Source of the DNA: Octopus bimaculoides
Lineage: Eukaryota
Length of the DNA stretch: 51,206 nt
Reading direction: 5' to 3'
Assembly (NCBI RefSeq): GCF_001194135.2
Contig: NC_068991.1
Coordinates: 44,913,869-44,965,074 of the forward strand
Shown here: positions 11,007 through 23,559 of the stretch, piece by piece
Layout: each line of letters starts with the position of its first letter
Position numbering within the stretch: position 1 is the first letter of the stretch
Position numbers and translations under genes: made by a program
The notes under the pieces: generated by a model
Told to the model about the DNA's origin: nothing
Database searches by the model: none
Seen by the model: only the letters and a program-made list of their open reading frames with translations

Positions 11007-12303
11007 TACTGGGTTGGCAACTAAGTTCCCACCGTTTTTTAAAATCTAAATTGTTAAAAGGTTTAATAAAAGATAACAACTAATTAATCAATAATGTATT
11101 CAGCCTTGTTTACAATTTCTTCCCAATGTTCAACAAGATTTTCAATACCTCGTTGGTAGAAATCACCCGATTTCGACTCGAAAAATTGATCCAACCAAGC
11201 TGTCAATTCTGCATCAGTATTGAACGAAACTCAGTGCATAGCATTTGAAAGAGATCGAAAGAGGTGGAAATCCGTTGGTGCCAAATCAGGAGAGTACGGC
11301 GGGTATGGCAGCACTTCCCAGCTATGCGTTTGAATGGCTTCCTTGGTCATATTGGCGATATGAGGGCGGCCGTTGTCGTGCAGCAGAAGAACTCCATGCT
11401 GTCGATTAGGTCTTTTCTCTTGAATAGCCGTGTTGAGTCGTTCAATCTGTTGAACATAGAGCTCCGCGTTGACCATTTGGTTTCGTTCAAGCAGTTCGTA
11501 ATGGACAATCCCTTCCCAGTCCCACCATACGCACAACATCGTTTTACGCGGATGAAGATCTTGCTTCACGCGCGGTGTCGCTTGTATAACGGAGCTAAGT
11601 CATTCCTTACGCTGCTTCATATTGATGTACAAACACAATTTTTCGTCGCCAGTAACGATTCGGTAAAGAAATCGTTGCTTGTGTCCATGGGTTGAGCAGT
11701 GACGAGCAAGCAAACTAGCGGAGATCGTGGCTCGTTGAGTTTTGTAGTTGTCACTTAAAGCATGCGGAACCCATGCTCCATACTTCTGAAACTTTCCCAT
11801 CGAGTGAAGATGCTTCTCTATAGTAGTTTGGGAGCATTCCATTTTCTCTGCCAGTTCCCTTGTCGTTTGACGAGAATTTTCGTGCAAAAGTTGGTTTAAT
11901 CGCCCTTCATCGAACTCAACTGGACGGCCAGAACGAGGTACGTTTTGAGGTCAAAGTTTCCATTTTTGAACTTGGCGTACCAATCACGAGCGGTTCTTTC
12001 AGCTATGACACCCTCTCCATACACAGCACAAATGTCGCGAGTAACTTTTGCGGCCTTAAAACCTTGATTAAAAGCAAGAAGAAGGTGTCGAAAATGCTCG
12101 TTTTTCTCAACTTGACATTCCATTTTAATGATCTGAAAATAAACAAAAATTAACTAAAATTAACTAGAAAAATAAAAAGTTTCCAAAATGAGTCAAAAAT
12201 AGAATTCTCGAAAAAAAAAAAAAAAAAAAAGATTCCAAAACTTAAAAACGCAATAAATTCCAAAATTTAAACAAACAGGGGGAACTTAGTTGCCAACCCA
12301 ATA
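11007..12303 (-). mobile_element. Full-length mariner element (about 1.3 kb), D34D transposase pseudogene
   Basis: TIRs TA(C/T)TGGGTTGGCAACTAAGTTCCC at both ends with TA TSD. The transposase lies in frameshifted pieces (12123-11896, 11887-11600, 11569-11231) with WVPHAL, IVTGDEK, HDNGRPH and YSPDLAPTD; D-D spacing is 34. Confidence 0.97.
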
Positions 12304-12316
12304 TACTAATACATCA

Positions 12317-12530
12317 TAAGGCAGCGAGCTGGCAGAAACGTTAGCAAGCCGGACAGAATACTTTGTGGCATTTCGTCTGCTTTTATTTTCTAAGTTCAAA
12401 TTTTGCCGAGGATGAGGTTACCATGCGTCCTTTCGGGGTCGATAAAATAAGTACCAGAAATCTAGAAATATGTCTAATTGAATTGATACCACTCCGAAAA
12501 TGCTAACCTTGTACCAAAAGTTGAAAATAC
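12317..12530 (+). mobile_element. tRNA-derived SINE family B
   Basis: TAAGGCAGCGAGCTGGCAGAA head and GGGGTCGATAAAATAAGTACCAG core; diverged tail. Confidence 0.85.
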
Positions 12531-12560
12531 TATATATTAACATAGATATTAATATATACG

Positions 12561-12684
12561 TTTATGTCCTTCCATCCATGTTTGGGGTCGATAAAATAAG
12601 TACCAGTTGAGCACTTGGGGCTCGATGTAATCGACTTACCCCGTCCTCGAACTTGCTGGCCTTGTGCCAAAATTCAAAACCAAT
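12561..12684 (+). mobile_element. SINE family B, 3' half
   Basis: GGGGTCGATAAAATAAGTACCAGTTGAGCAC...GCTGGCCTTGTGCCAAAATTCAAAACCAAT. Confidence 0.8.
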
Positions 12685-13185
12685 ATATGTGTATGTGTAT
12701 ACCTGAGCGCACGCGCGCGTATGTATATGTGTGTGTGTGTGTGTGTGTGTGCCAACGGTAAATCCCCGAGGTGTAAACAATTTGTCACGCTGTGGAAAGG
12801 AGATAGTAAAAATGTGTGTGACTGAGAGAGTGAGGGGGAAGAGAGAGGAAGTGAGAAATTCAAACGCTACGAGCAAGTGCACACGTACGAACGCACACAC
12901 GTTCGGACGCTATTAGCCCTCTGCCACCACACACAGACGACAATTTGTTGGGGGTGTGTGTGTGAAAGAGCTAGGACTATGTCTATATGTACGCACGTCA
13001 TTAACGTTCATGCGTGTAAGAAATAAAAGAGAATTGTTACGAAAAATATTGTTTACCTCAGGTTTTATAAATGAATAACATATTTCATTTCCACACTTTA
13101 AATCATTTGTTTAATGTATTCTATTTACTTTGCTATATTGTATATATTAAATTCGGTTTTGTATGATTTGTGTGTATATATACAT

Positions 13186-13472
13186 GTGAGGTCTGATCAA
13201 TAAGTATCCGGACTGTTGTATTGTAACGAAGCTAAAGCACGCAGAGTGAAGCCGCATGGCAAAAATTGACCTTGAATTCTTCTGTGCATGTGCACTAAAC
13301 TTTAATGTTCTAATTCACTTCTGCTGTTTATAGCAGTGCTTGAAAGGAACGTGTGTAGAGTATGATCGTCACATTGACCATGACAGAGAAAGTTGTCATG
13401 GCGATACCTGCACAGAGGCCTACGCAAGGTTGCCGAAAGTGCATGGAGAGGTGTATGAGTCACACACAAGTA
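13186..13472 (+). mobile_element. 5' end fragment of the same mariner family as 2628-3477
   Basis: GAGGTCTGATCAATAAGTATCCGGACTG TIR followed by the same leader. Shares the AAAGTTG|TCATGGCGATAC deletion junction with the right arm at about 3270-3290. Confidence 0.85.
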
Positions 13473-13512
13473 TATATATATACAATGTGTGTATAGATTT
13501 GTGTGTGTGTGT

Positions 13513-13690
13513 GTGGTGGAAGACGTATAACCTAGTGGTTAGAATATTGTATTCACGACCGCCAAGTCGTCGTTTCGATTCCCGGAATGAGCAGTGCATT
13601 TTATTCTTGAGCAAAACACTTCATTTATCGGTGCTCTGTGGTCACTTCAATATCTAACGTGTGCCACACTGTGCACCTGTAGGGTACAGA
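13513..13690 (+). mobile_element. tRNA-derived SINE family D, degenerate
   Basis: A-box-like TAACCTAGTGGTTAG, B-box-like GTTTCGATTCCC, then TTCTTGAGCAAAACACTTCATTT. Confidence 0.6.
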
Positions 13691-13900
13691 CATTCGAGTC
13701 CTTTAAACAAGTCATTTGTGCAATTTGTTCAGTAGAAGTTGCTTAAATCTCATCTGTCATTTAAGACAGGAAAGTCCACCATATATATGCATAGACATAA
13801 GAAAGTACATTTTTGTACTGTCTTATACGTGGTATATAATTAAACACTAGCAGCCAAATTTAACTTTCCCAACCATTCCGCCACTACTTTAGCACAGAAA

Positions 13901-13971
<71 letters not shown>

Positions 13972-13982
13972 GTGTCTTAGTA

Positions 13983-14017
<35 letters not shown>

Positions 14018-14039
14018 GTGTATGTGTATGTGTGTGTGT

Positions 14040-14075
<36 letters not shown>

Positions 14076-15126
14076 TGTGTCAATTACTGCTGCAGTTAGC
14101 AGCGGATGTTAAGAATTCACTAGCTTGTTCGCTGCATGCTTGACAAATTAAACACAATAACCTAGTCTCCCTCAAATCACTTCTACTATTTTAAAAGACT
14201 CATTGAATAATGTAGTCCAGAGGACAAGAAACATAGAAATAATGGATGTTCGTGCCTGAGATGCCTTTCATGGTAAGTTTGCTGAATGAAAGAAAATTGA
14301 GGTGAAACATAGCGACGACATAATTCAGTACATCTATTCAGATAAATACAGAAATATATATTGGAACTCACTAATAAACACTACAAATGCGCGCGCGCGC
14401 ATCCATAGAGACACACACGTACACACATAAGCAAATACACGTAAGTAGAGACAAATACCGGAAGTTAACGTCTGATAACCTGCACGTTATTTGGATATAT
14501 ACGTTATTTTAAATATATCTAATTAACTTGCGATAATTTTTTCATATGCTCGCTTCCCACAAAAAAAAAATATATATATGAATAAAATAGTAAATTCTAC
14601 TTAACATTTTGCTTTTCCATTCAAGAAGTCATTTATTTTGTGTGAATTTTCTTTTACTCTATACGATTCTTAACCACCACCACACATTCAAATACGAAGC
14701 GGTGTTTAGAAAAAAAGAAACTGTCGCATAATATTTCTGTCAGCCAAACAGACAATTTTCTCCAATTTTTATTTCATTTATTGATATTGTTTCCATAATG
14801 TTGGTGAAAGCAAATTGCAACAATGACAGTAAAAGCAATACAAATTCACACTTTATACATAGATTCTTTCTGATCTGTCCTCTCAGTTACTTTTGTTGTT
14901 CTTTTGTAGAAGCCATTGTCCTTAGAAATTGTATTCATTTTTATCCATCTACGATCATTTCTACTTAGTATTTTCCACCAAGAGATGCTAAATTATTTTT
15001 CTTTCTTTTCCTCTTCTTCACTCACATCTGAGTGTGTCCGTTCAGGTGATCACCTGTTCATTTATAATTGTGGTAGCAAATCTGATAGCAATTCAAGTCT
15101 GTGACGCGGATTCCTCTTTTGAGCTA

Positions 15127-15305
15127 TTGACACAAGACCAGTAATTTCGAGAGAGGGGGTGGGAATAAGTTGATTACATCGACCCAAGTATTCAACAGGT
15201 ACTTGTTTTATCGATCCTGAAAGGATGAAAGGCATAGTCGACCACGGCGGAATTTGAACTCAGAACGTAAAAACAGACGAAATGCTGTTCTACATTTCGT
15301 CCGTT
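15127..15305 (-). mobile_element. SINE family B (head truncated)
   Basis: TTTTATCGATCCTGAAAGGATGAAAGGC...CGGCGGAATTTGAACTCAGAACGTAAA is the reverse complement of the family core. Confidence 0.85.
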
Positions 15306-15746
15306 CTGCATTTGAAACCTAACTAAATAATAGTATACTTTTTTGTTCTTAATTTACGGTATTTTCTTACTTTGATGTTTTGTACACTTTCGTGTTTAGA
15401 ACAATATATACTAAACTTTAAATTATCAAACTGAATTTTTGTTTTATTAAAATGTTTCAAATGCGACTGTTGCTTCCTGCAAAAAGTTTTGTCTTATCTT
15501 GTCTTATATATGTGTTTGCATATACATACATACATACAGGGATTAACACATAAACATATGCATGTTTGTGTGCGTATATATATATATGGATGTGCACATA
15601 TTACACATGGAAGCACGCTGTTAAGATCTAGTAGCCTTATATTTATCATGTAGCAAAATAAATGGACAGAAATCGACAGGATCCAGATTATATGAGATAA
15701 CGGTGGCAGCAGCAATAATAGTTATCGTTCTTCCTCTTTTTGTTGT

Positions 15747-15762
15747 CCTGCTGCTGCTGCTG

Positions 15763-15831
<69 letters not shown>

Positions 15832-15844
15832 GTAGTAGTAGTAG
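15747..15844. repeat. (CTG)n(CTA)n(GTA)n trinucleotide array
   Basis: Directly visible. Confidence 0.95.
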
Positions 15845-16323
15845 AGTGCCCGATAGTAACAACAGGAGTAACAACAGTAGCAACAACGAACGGCACTGTA
15901 AATGGAATAAATAAATAAGCAAGCAAATAAATAATTACACATAAGAAGCCAGTTGGTGCCAAATTATTATGGCCACTAAAATATAAAGAACAAATATCAA
16001 GTATATTAGTCCTTGATTAGATTAATGTGTAATAAAGTAAAGTATCTTAGCTTATTAGGCCTTGAATTATAAGAAAGAAATCCCAACTGAGAAATTTCCG
16101 ATATCATTTTTAGTAAGTGATAATAAATACAGATTACGTGAGCCTGGATTATATTCTTCAGCGAGATAAAACGAAAGTATAAAAGACCATTGATGAGTCT
16201 AGATTAAGTTCTGTTACATATCTTTGTTCTTTTTTCTCTTTGTGGTTTTGGGTAATAGCTTCCTATTTCTGTATTACAACCTGTCACGAATCATTGAGTT
16301 TGGTGACATACATACATACATAC

Positions 16324-16378
<55 letters not shown>

Positions 16379-16576
16379 NNNNNNNNNNNNNNNNNNNNNN
16401 NNNNNNNNNNNNNNNNNNNNNNNNNNNNNNNNNNNNNNNNNNNNNNNNNNNNNNNNNNNNNNNNNNNNNNNNNNNNNNNNNNNNNNNNNNNNNNNNNNNN
16501 NNNNNNNNNNNNNNNNNNNNNNNNNNNNNNNNNNNNNNNNNNNNNNNNNNNNATATATATAATATATATATATAGT

Positions 16577-16651
<75 letters not shown>

Positions 16652-16882
16652 TATGTGTCTATGGTTTGAAAGATTTTTGACATGAATTCGTGTGCTGAAA
16701 TAGATTTTGTTGTATCTTGGGTGGGTCATTATGTCAATAATAAACACACGCAGAGTTTTAATTTCTCTCCTTTATTATTTATTTGTTGGCTGGTTGTTTA
16801 ATCAACTAACTAATCGATTGTTTGATTAATTTTATTAATCTTACAGGTATTCAATCATTCAACCAACCAACCAACCAATCAG

Positions 16883-16929
<47 letters not shown>

Positions 16930-17259
16930 GTCAATCGTGTTTGACAAAGTTGTTTCGTCGTCATTCGAATCTCTTCAATGACATATCCTCTCTATACCAG
17001 GTCAGCTTCAGGTGTGTCTGTCTTTTAGTTTTAGGCTCAATATTGATGTAGTTGTTTGGATGTGAGTGGAAATTTACACGAAAAAAAAAAAAGGGAGGGA
17101 GAAAGAGAATAAAAGTGTGTGTGATTGTGTATTCATGCCTGCATGTGTTCTGATATGTGTGTATGAATGTATATGTATGTGTGGATGCGTGTTTGCATGG
17201 TGTAGTTGGTACTATAAATACATTAGAAAGGGTCAGGTAGGAAAGGAGAGAGAAAGAGA

Positions 17260-17384
<125 letters not shown>

Positions 17385-17649
17385 CGTGTGTGTATGTGTG
17401 TGTGTACATCTATGTGCGTGCGTTCTGATATTTATGAGTGTGAGAGTGAATGTGTGTTTGTGTAGTGTACTTGGTTCTGTGAAGAGGTACTTTGTGTGTG
17501 TATGTGTGTGTGTACGCGCATTCATCAGCGTGCATGTAGGCTGGTGTAAAAGTATATTCCATAGTATCATTTATCTATTGGGCCTGTCTTTTGGTTGGAC
17601 GTTGAGTGCCTGTGTAGGCGGTGTCTAGCATTTATATGAAGCTGAAAAA

Positions 17650-18238
17650 TGAATGAGTGAGTACCGACAAGCAAGCACCACCTCGAGTCAAGCCAGGGCT
17701 GCATCCATGCAAGGCAATAACCTGTGTTTGGTGAAACTGGGAAGGGCTATCCCACTAAGAAATGATTGAAAACAACCATACTGTTAAAGAAAATTGCACT
17801 GACCCAACCAGGCAATCCAGTTGAAATTGTCTGACCGGCGAAGGCGTGCTTCTTCAACACTCACAACCACATCACTAATTTGACCAATTATGCTATTTAA
17901 GTGCTCGAGTGGAAAATTCTATTGCACTCACCGCATTTTTCCTGATATAATGGCTTCAGATTAATTCATTTCTCAGTCACTCTCCAACAGTCTACGAGGC
18001 GTTTCGTTCAACATCGACAAGTAGCTGAAAACGTGGATTGATGAATGTTTCGAGTCAAGACCTGTTGATCATTACCGTCAAGGCGCTGACAAGCTAGTGG
18101 AAAGTTGGCAACAAGTCGTGAAAAATGAAAGAAAATATATTATTCATTGATCTGTTAAAATTGTTGATGAAAATTAAGGATTAAAATGATAAAAAAACAA
18201 AATGAAAAAAATGAAGAAATTCATCTGACAACCCAATA
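17650..18238 (+). mobile_element. Old mariner remnant, 3' half of transposase plus right TIR
   Basis: RVKPGLHPCKAITCVW*NWEG ... LRGVSFNIDK*LKTWIDECFESRPVDHYRQGADKLVESWQQVVKNE. Ends CTGACAACCCAATA, related to the 11007 TIR. Confidence 0.8.
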
Positions 18239-19057
18239 TGTAGGTATGTACACATATAATTATGTATACATACAAATATGTATACATGTGTTTGTACATG
18301 TGCGTGTGTATACATATAAGGAACACGGGATACGTAATCAGTATTCATGTATTATGTAAAGTACACGTGCTTCAGAAAACCGGCTATCATCGACTACATA
18401 AGCTTAAAGGCCCTACTATGCAACAAATGAAATCAACCCACTTCATTGGCATTACTATAAACATTTTTTTACGGATGATGTAAATAGAACGGTTGCAATC
18501 GTTGCGGCCTTCAGGCTCCTATAATATACGGGTAGCCGGCTTTCTGAAATGCGCTTGCATTATATAAAATATAAATATCAATTACACTTTCTTTATTCTT
18601 TTTCTTGTGGTATATGTATATATCGCAAGGTAATTTTGTCTGATGATCTAAGCCATCGATCAATTTCATGCTAAAGAACGGCAAATTCCCTGTATTGAAG
18701 ACGTTATTTGTGAACCTCTAGTGGTCTAGAAAGGGTTTTTGTTTATTTTTTATGTACTACCGAAATGAAAGAGGTACAGGAAATTAAAATTAGAAATATA
18801 GTATAATGAATAACCAATCGTTACCAGTAATCAATATGGATATAAAGCAAATTTAAATAGGAGTCATAGTCAATGTTATCAAGAAAAGAAAGTGTAGAAA
18901 AGACATCGGGCAGGAACAAACTGGCGCTGATCTTACAATTTTCCTCGCACTTCAACGATTTTCAAAAGTGCTTGTTGAGTTGCTCTTTGTCTGTCAATCT
19001 GTCTGTCTGTCTGTCTGTCTGACTGTCTGTCTGCCTGTCTGTCTGTTCATCTGTCTA

Positions 19058-19103
<46 letters not shown>

Positions 19104-19289
19104 GACTGTCTGTCCATCCATCCATCCATCCATCCATCAACCTATTCATCAGATTAAAACTTGTTGCAAAATGCAATGCAAAAGTGAAAAATAGAACAAC
19201 TTTATACTTCTATATTTCAGAGTTAAAACCTCTTTATTGGGACGCATCGAAAAGGGGAAAGAGAATAAAGCAGTTTTCTTTTTGCTCAT

Positions 19290-19700
19290 ATACGTTGTTT
19301 AATGCTGGGTTCAGTTTAATAATTAGTAATACATCCTTGATTCAAAGGTTTCCTGTGTTATGTTCTGTTGTTCTAATGGATATAGGAAACTTCTGGGTGC
19401 GGCACTTCAGCAGGTACTTGTGAACTGAAGTGTTTGCACAGACATGTTCGTCGATGCAGAGATGCAGTTTCCTCATGGTGCTCCCAATGTAATATGCATT
19501 ACATTTACTGCAGACCACTTCATATATTACGTAAGTGCTCGATTACATCTTGAAGTTATTTTCAATATCCTTCTACTTTGAAAGATTCTTCACGGTCTGG
19601 GAATGTTTGGTCGAAAAGGGATCGAAATGACATTTTCGCACCGGTCAAGTGCTAATGTCGATATAATCGACTGGTCTTCTCCCAAATTTCAGGCTTGGTT
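19290..19700 (-). mobile_element. Penelope-like element remnant, GIY-YIG endonuclease
   Basis: The minus frame reads VIYEVVCSKCNAYYIGSTMRKLHLCIDEH...SVHKYL...L*IKDVLLIIKLNPALN, the Penelope GIY-YIG pattern (IY..C..C..YIG.T.R.L..EH; I...P.LN). Confidence 0.8.
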
Positions 19701-19721
19701 CCTAAATTAGAAAATATTAGC

Positions 19722-19851
19722 ATCCTCCTGCTCCTCCTGTTCCTCCTGCTCCACCTGTTGGTGCTGCTGCTGCTCTACCTCCTCCTGCTTCTCCCCTCCT
19801 CCTACTCCTCCTGCTCCTGCTCCTGCTCCTCCTGCTCCTCCTGCTCCTCCT
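19722..19851. repeat. Compound (CCT/GCT)n low-complexity repeat running into a gap
   Basis: Directly visible. Confidence 0.9.
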
Positions 19852-20253
19852 NNNNNNNNNNNNNNNNNNNNNNNNNNNNNNNNNNNNNNNNNNNNNNNNN
19901 NNNNNNNNNNNNNNNNNNNNNNNNNNNNNNNNNNNNNNNNNNNNNNNNNNNNNNNNNNNNNNNNNNNNNNNNNNNNNNNNNNNNNNNNNNNNNNNNNNNN
20001 NNNNNNNNNNNNNNNNNNNNNNNNNNNNNNNNNNNNNNNNNNNNNNNNNNNNNNNNNNNNNNNNNNNNNNNNNNNNNNNNNNNNNNNNNNNNNNNNNNNN
20101 NNNNNNNNNNNNNNNNNNNNNNNNNNNNNNNNNNNNNNNNNNNNNNNNNNNNNNNNNNNNNNNNNNNNNNNNNNNNNNNNNNNNNNNNNNNNNNNNNNNN
20201 NNNNNNNNNNNNNNNNNNNNNNNNNNNNNNNNNNNNNNNNNNNNNNNNNNNNN

Positions 20254-20533
20254 CCTGAATAAGGTTTGTTTAAGGATGTTGAGCAAAACACCCATGTTTC
20301 CAAAGGTGAATTATTGAAACCCCAAAGAATTCCTCTCAACACATGGCTATGATGCTCCCCAAATACTTCTGCTCGTGATCAGAGGTGCACATATCGTCAG
20401 CCACCAAGGGATATGCTCAACTGGTTAAGGTCAATCAACTGACAAGCAAATCTGTGGTATTAAGCAGAATGTTTGCTGTAGCCCATCTTTTATACCAAGA
20501 CAAAACAATGTACATGATAACACTTCCAATCAA

Positions 20534-20564
<31 letters not shown>

Positions 20565-20570
20565 TATTAT
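20254..20570 (+). mobile_element. Probable retroposon 3' segment with (ATT)n tail
   Basis: About 280 bp of complex sequence ending in an (ATT)n array. I recall it as an abundant octopus interspersed repeat, but there is no second copy in this window to confirm it. Confidence 0.4.
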
Positions 20571-21010
20571 CACATTTTTGGCAGAGTAAGGCGGCAGATC
20601 TGTCTTTGCTTTGTGGTTGTGACAAAGGAGGTTCTGTGGAGGATCTTTCTGAAATGTTTGAAGACAGTCACTTCCCTATCAGGCTAAGCTCTCATCTATT
20701 TAGTCAAATATCATTGACTAAATCTTCCTACATATATAATAATATTAGAAAATCTTATAAAACTTCGAAATATGAAATAATGACGTAGAAACCTGATGTG
20801 CGTGTGTGTATATGTAAGTATGTATGTATGTATGTATTATGTATGCATGCATACATGTATGCATATGCCTTAGTGCTTGTTTTTATGTCAGCAAAACATC
20901 CAACTACCTTTTCGTTGAGTACATATTTTTTCATTTTTGGACTTGTTCGCGCAAGCCGATGATTATAAGTTGCAAAATGTGGTGAACTGTATGTGTGTGT
21001 GTGTGAGTGA

Positions 21011-21072
<62 letters not shown>

Positions 21073-21559
21073 CGTATGGTATGTGATACTGTGAATTTTT
21101 TTATCATTGTTGTGTAGCCCCAGGTTAGCTCTAAACGAGCAGTTTTACGACACCTAAGCAATCGGTTGAACGACTGAATTCATTCCGCATATATATTACA
21201 TTATGAATGCAGTGATTGTTTGTATGTGATACGGTGAAGCAGTCTGGGCGTATTGAATTAGATTCTGTATACCTAGAGTCTAGTGGTGATCATAAAAAAG
21301 GTGGAGTGAAATAAAATCGTTCCAAATGCAACAGCTGCTGCATTTCTCTGTCATTGGCACAATTCATCTCAGCATAATGTTTAAGAGTAACGTATTTATT
21401 GATGCTATTGATATGCTCGTGTATTTATATATATCCGCCTGAACGTGAGAATTGTGTTCTCACGGTGCTTTTCATGTAGTTTTCTGGAAGTATTTTTGTT
21501 TGATAATCATTATACAAGATTAGCAGAATTTCTGAATTTAAATTTATGCCTCTCCTGTA

Positions 21560-21840
21560 TCATTGTAATTTTTTTTATTGTACTTTTGTTTTATTGTGCA
21601 TATAGTCTATGGGTGCGAACTGTAATCAACCTTGATGCGAGGTGTGCCGGATTTTGCTTTTTGTAGCCTATGCTGGTTTTTTGTGGAGTGATTGGTAGTA
21701 AATGCACAAGTGACATAATTTATGCTGGATCTAATATATTTCTTGTACATTAATGATGTCTCTTTGCGTTAGCCAAATGAGATAGATGGGAGTACTCTAA
21801 GTTTGCTGTCAGCCGTACTCTTTCCTTCATGTTTTGTGAA
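21560..21840 (-). mobile_element. LINE remnant, I group (Nimb/Ingi-like), region downstream of the RT core
   Basis: KLRVLPSISFG*RKETSLMYKKYIRSSINYVTCAFTTNHSTKNQHRLQK resembles the L..L...SWG..KETL..LYK.YIRS.L.Y...W.....N..KLQ pattern. Confidence 0.6.
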
Positions 21841-22218
21841 TATTGCGTATGTGCTGTATATGTAGTACTGTAGTAGTGATGCATGGTTTATGATGCTTCA
21901 TGGTGATATTTGATGAATGATATGTGGCAGTGTATAGTAGTGGCTGCAATGTTTAATGCATGATGTAATATAGAGGGTTGTTGTGGTGATGTATAATGTA
22001 TGATAGTGTGTGTTCATTGTATATGTGAGTAGAGTAGTGTGCTGTATATGGAAGTGTTTAGTGGTGTATACTAACTAAGCAAAGGATTATCACAGGTTTG
22101 CTACAGCTAACCGGATAAATAAGGATTACTGTCTCACAATTCCACACCCCACACTAACTCTCTCTCTCTAACAATTATTTCTGTTTTCTCTATCTCTCAC
22201 TCCATCTCTCTCTTTCTT

Positions 22219-22294
<76 letters not shown>

Positions 22295-22421
22295 TTTCTC
22301 TCTTTTTCTCTTTATTCTATTTTTCTCGTCTTACCACAGACAAGCACAGTTCACTTAATAGATTAAACACCAGCACCACCACCAGCACCGCCAACACCAC
22401 ACCGCAGTGTGTGTGTATATG

Positions 22422-22454
<33 letters not shown>

Positions 22455-22649
22455 ATATATTTATAAATGTATATATATATACATACATATACGTACACAT
22501 ATACAAATACATATGCATACACGAATATAAATACATACATAATGCATACACACACACACACACATACATACACACACATACACACACACATATATATATG
22601 TATATGTACATATATTTCTTTTGACTAATGGCTATACGTCAATTAGTGT

Positions 22650-22865
22650 GTTGAGTAAAGCACATTCACAGTTTGGGCTACCTGGTGTCATCAATGATTG
22701 GGATATATTTCCTCTAGATTTATGTCAGGAATTCTGCAGTGTTGAGATAATTGAGATAAGAGCTTGATGTGACACAAACTGCACAGATTGATGCAACACA
22801 GCTAGATGCACAATATCCTACCAATAACGGACAGTTAAAGGATGAGTCGAATCGATCGTCGTACT
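22650..22865 (+). mobile_element. Possible Ty3/gypsy integrase remnant
   Basis: SQFGLPGVIND...QEFC and YPTNNGQ resemble FS.FGLP..IVSD..F..FC and HP.SNGQ; very decayed. Confidence 0.35.
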
Positions 22866-22907
22866 GAATACAGAATAGTAATAAATCTATCTTCAGTGTC
22901 CTTTATC

Positions 22908-22938
<31 letters not shown>

Positions 22939-23430
22939 NNNNNNNNNNNNNNNNNNNNNNNNNNNNNNNNNNNNNNNNNNNNNNNNNNNNNNNNNNNNNN
23001 NNNNNNNNNNNNNNNNNNNNNNNNNNNNNNNNNNNNNNNNNNNNNNNNNNNNNNNNNNNNNNNNNNNNNNNNNNNNNNNNNNNNNNNNNNNNNNNNNNNN
23101 NNNNNNNNNNNNNNNNNNNNNNNNNNNNNNNNNNNNNNNNNNNNNNNNNNNNNNNNNNNNNNNNNNNNNNNNNNNNNNNNNNNNNNNNNNNNNNNNNNNN
23201 NNNNNNNNNNNNNNNNNNNNNNNNNNNNNNNNNNNNNNNNNNNNNNNNNNNNNNNNNNNNNNNNNNNNNNNNNNNNNNNNNNNNNNNNNNNNNNNNNNNN
23301 NNNNNNNNNNNNNNNNNNNNNNNNNNNNNNNNNNNNNNNNNNNNNNNNNNNNNNNNNNNNNNNNNNNNNNNNNNNNNNNNNNNNNNNNNNNNNNNNNNNN
23401 NNNNNNNNNNNNNNNNNNNNNNNNNNNNNN

Positions 23431-23466
<36 letters not shown>

Positions 23467-23559
23467 TTACAATTAGATGCATCAATATGCTGATCATTTG
23501 CATTCAATATGGTATTGCTGTTATTTAGATGGCTAGGAGTAAGTAGTTATAGTGCTATT

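Noticed and set aside
19387-19530. Plus-strand exon-like segment (Cys-rich or MFVDAEMQFPHG... frames) ending at a perfect TAC|GTAAGT donor
   Set aside because: The minus strand gives a clear Penelope GIY-YIG motif, so the plus frames are its antisense shadow. This also shows how easily false exons appear here.
19707-19851. Gly/Ala/Glu/Gln-rich peptide resembling a transcription-factor low-complexity region
   Set aside because: It is a compound CCT/GCT repeat running into a gap, with no flanking domain.
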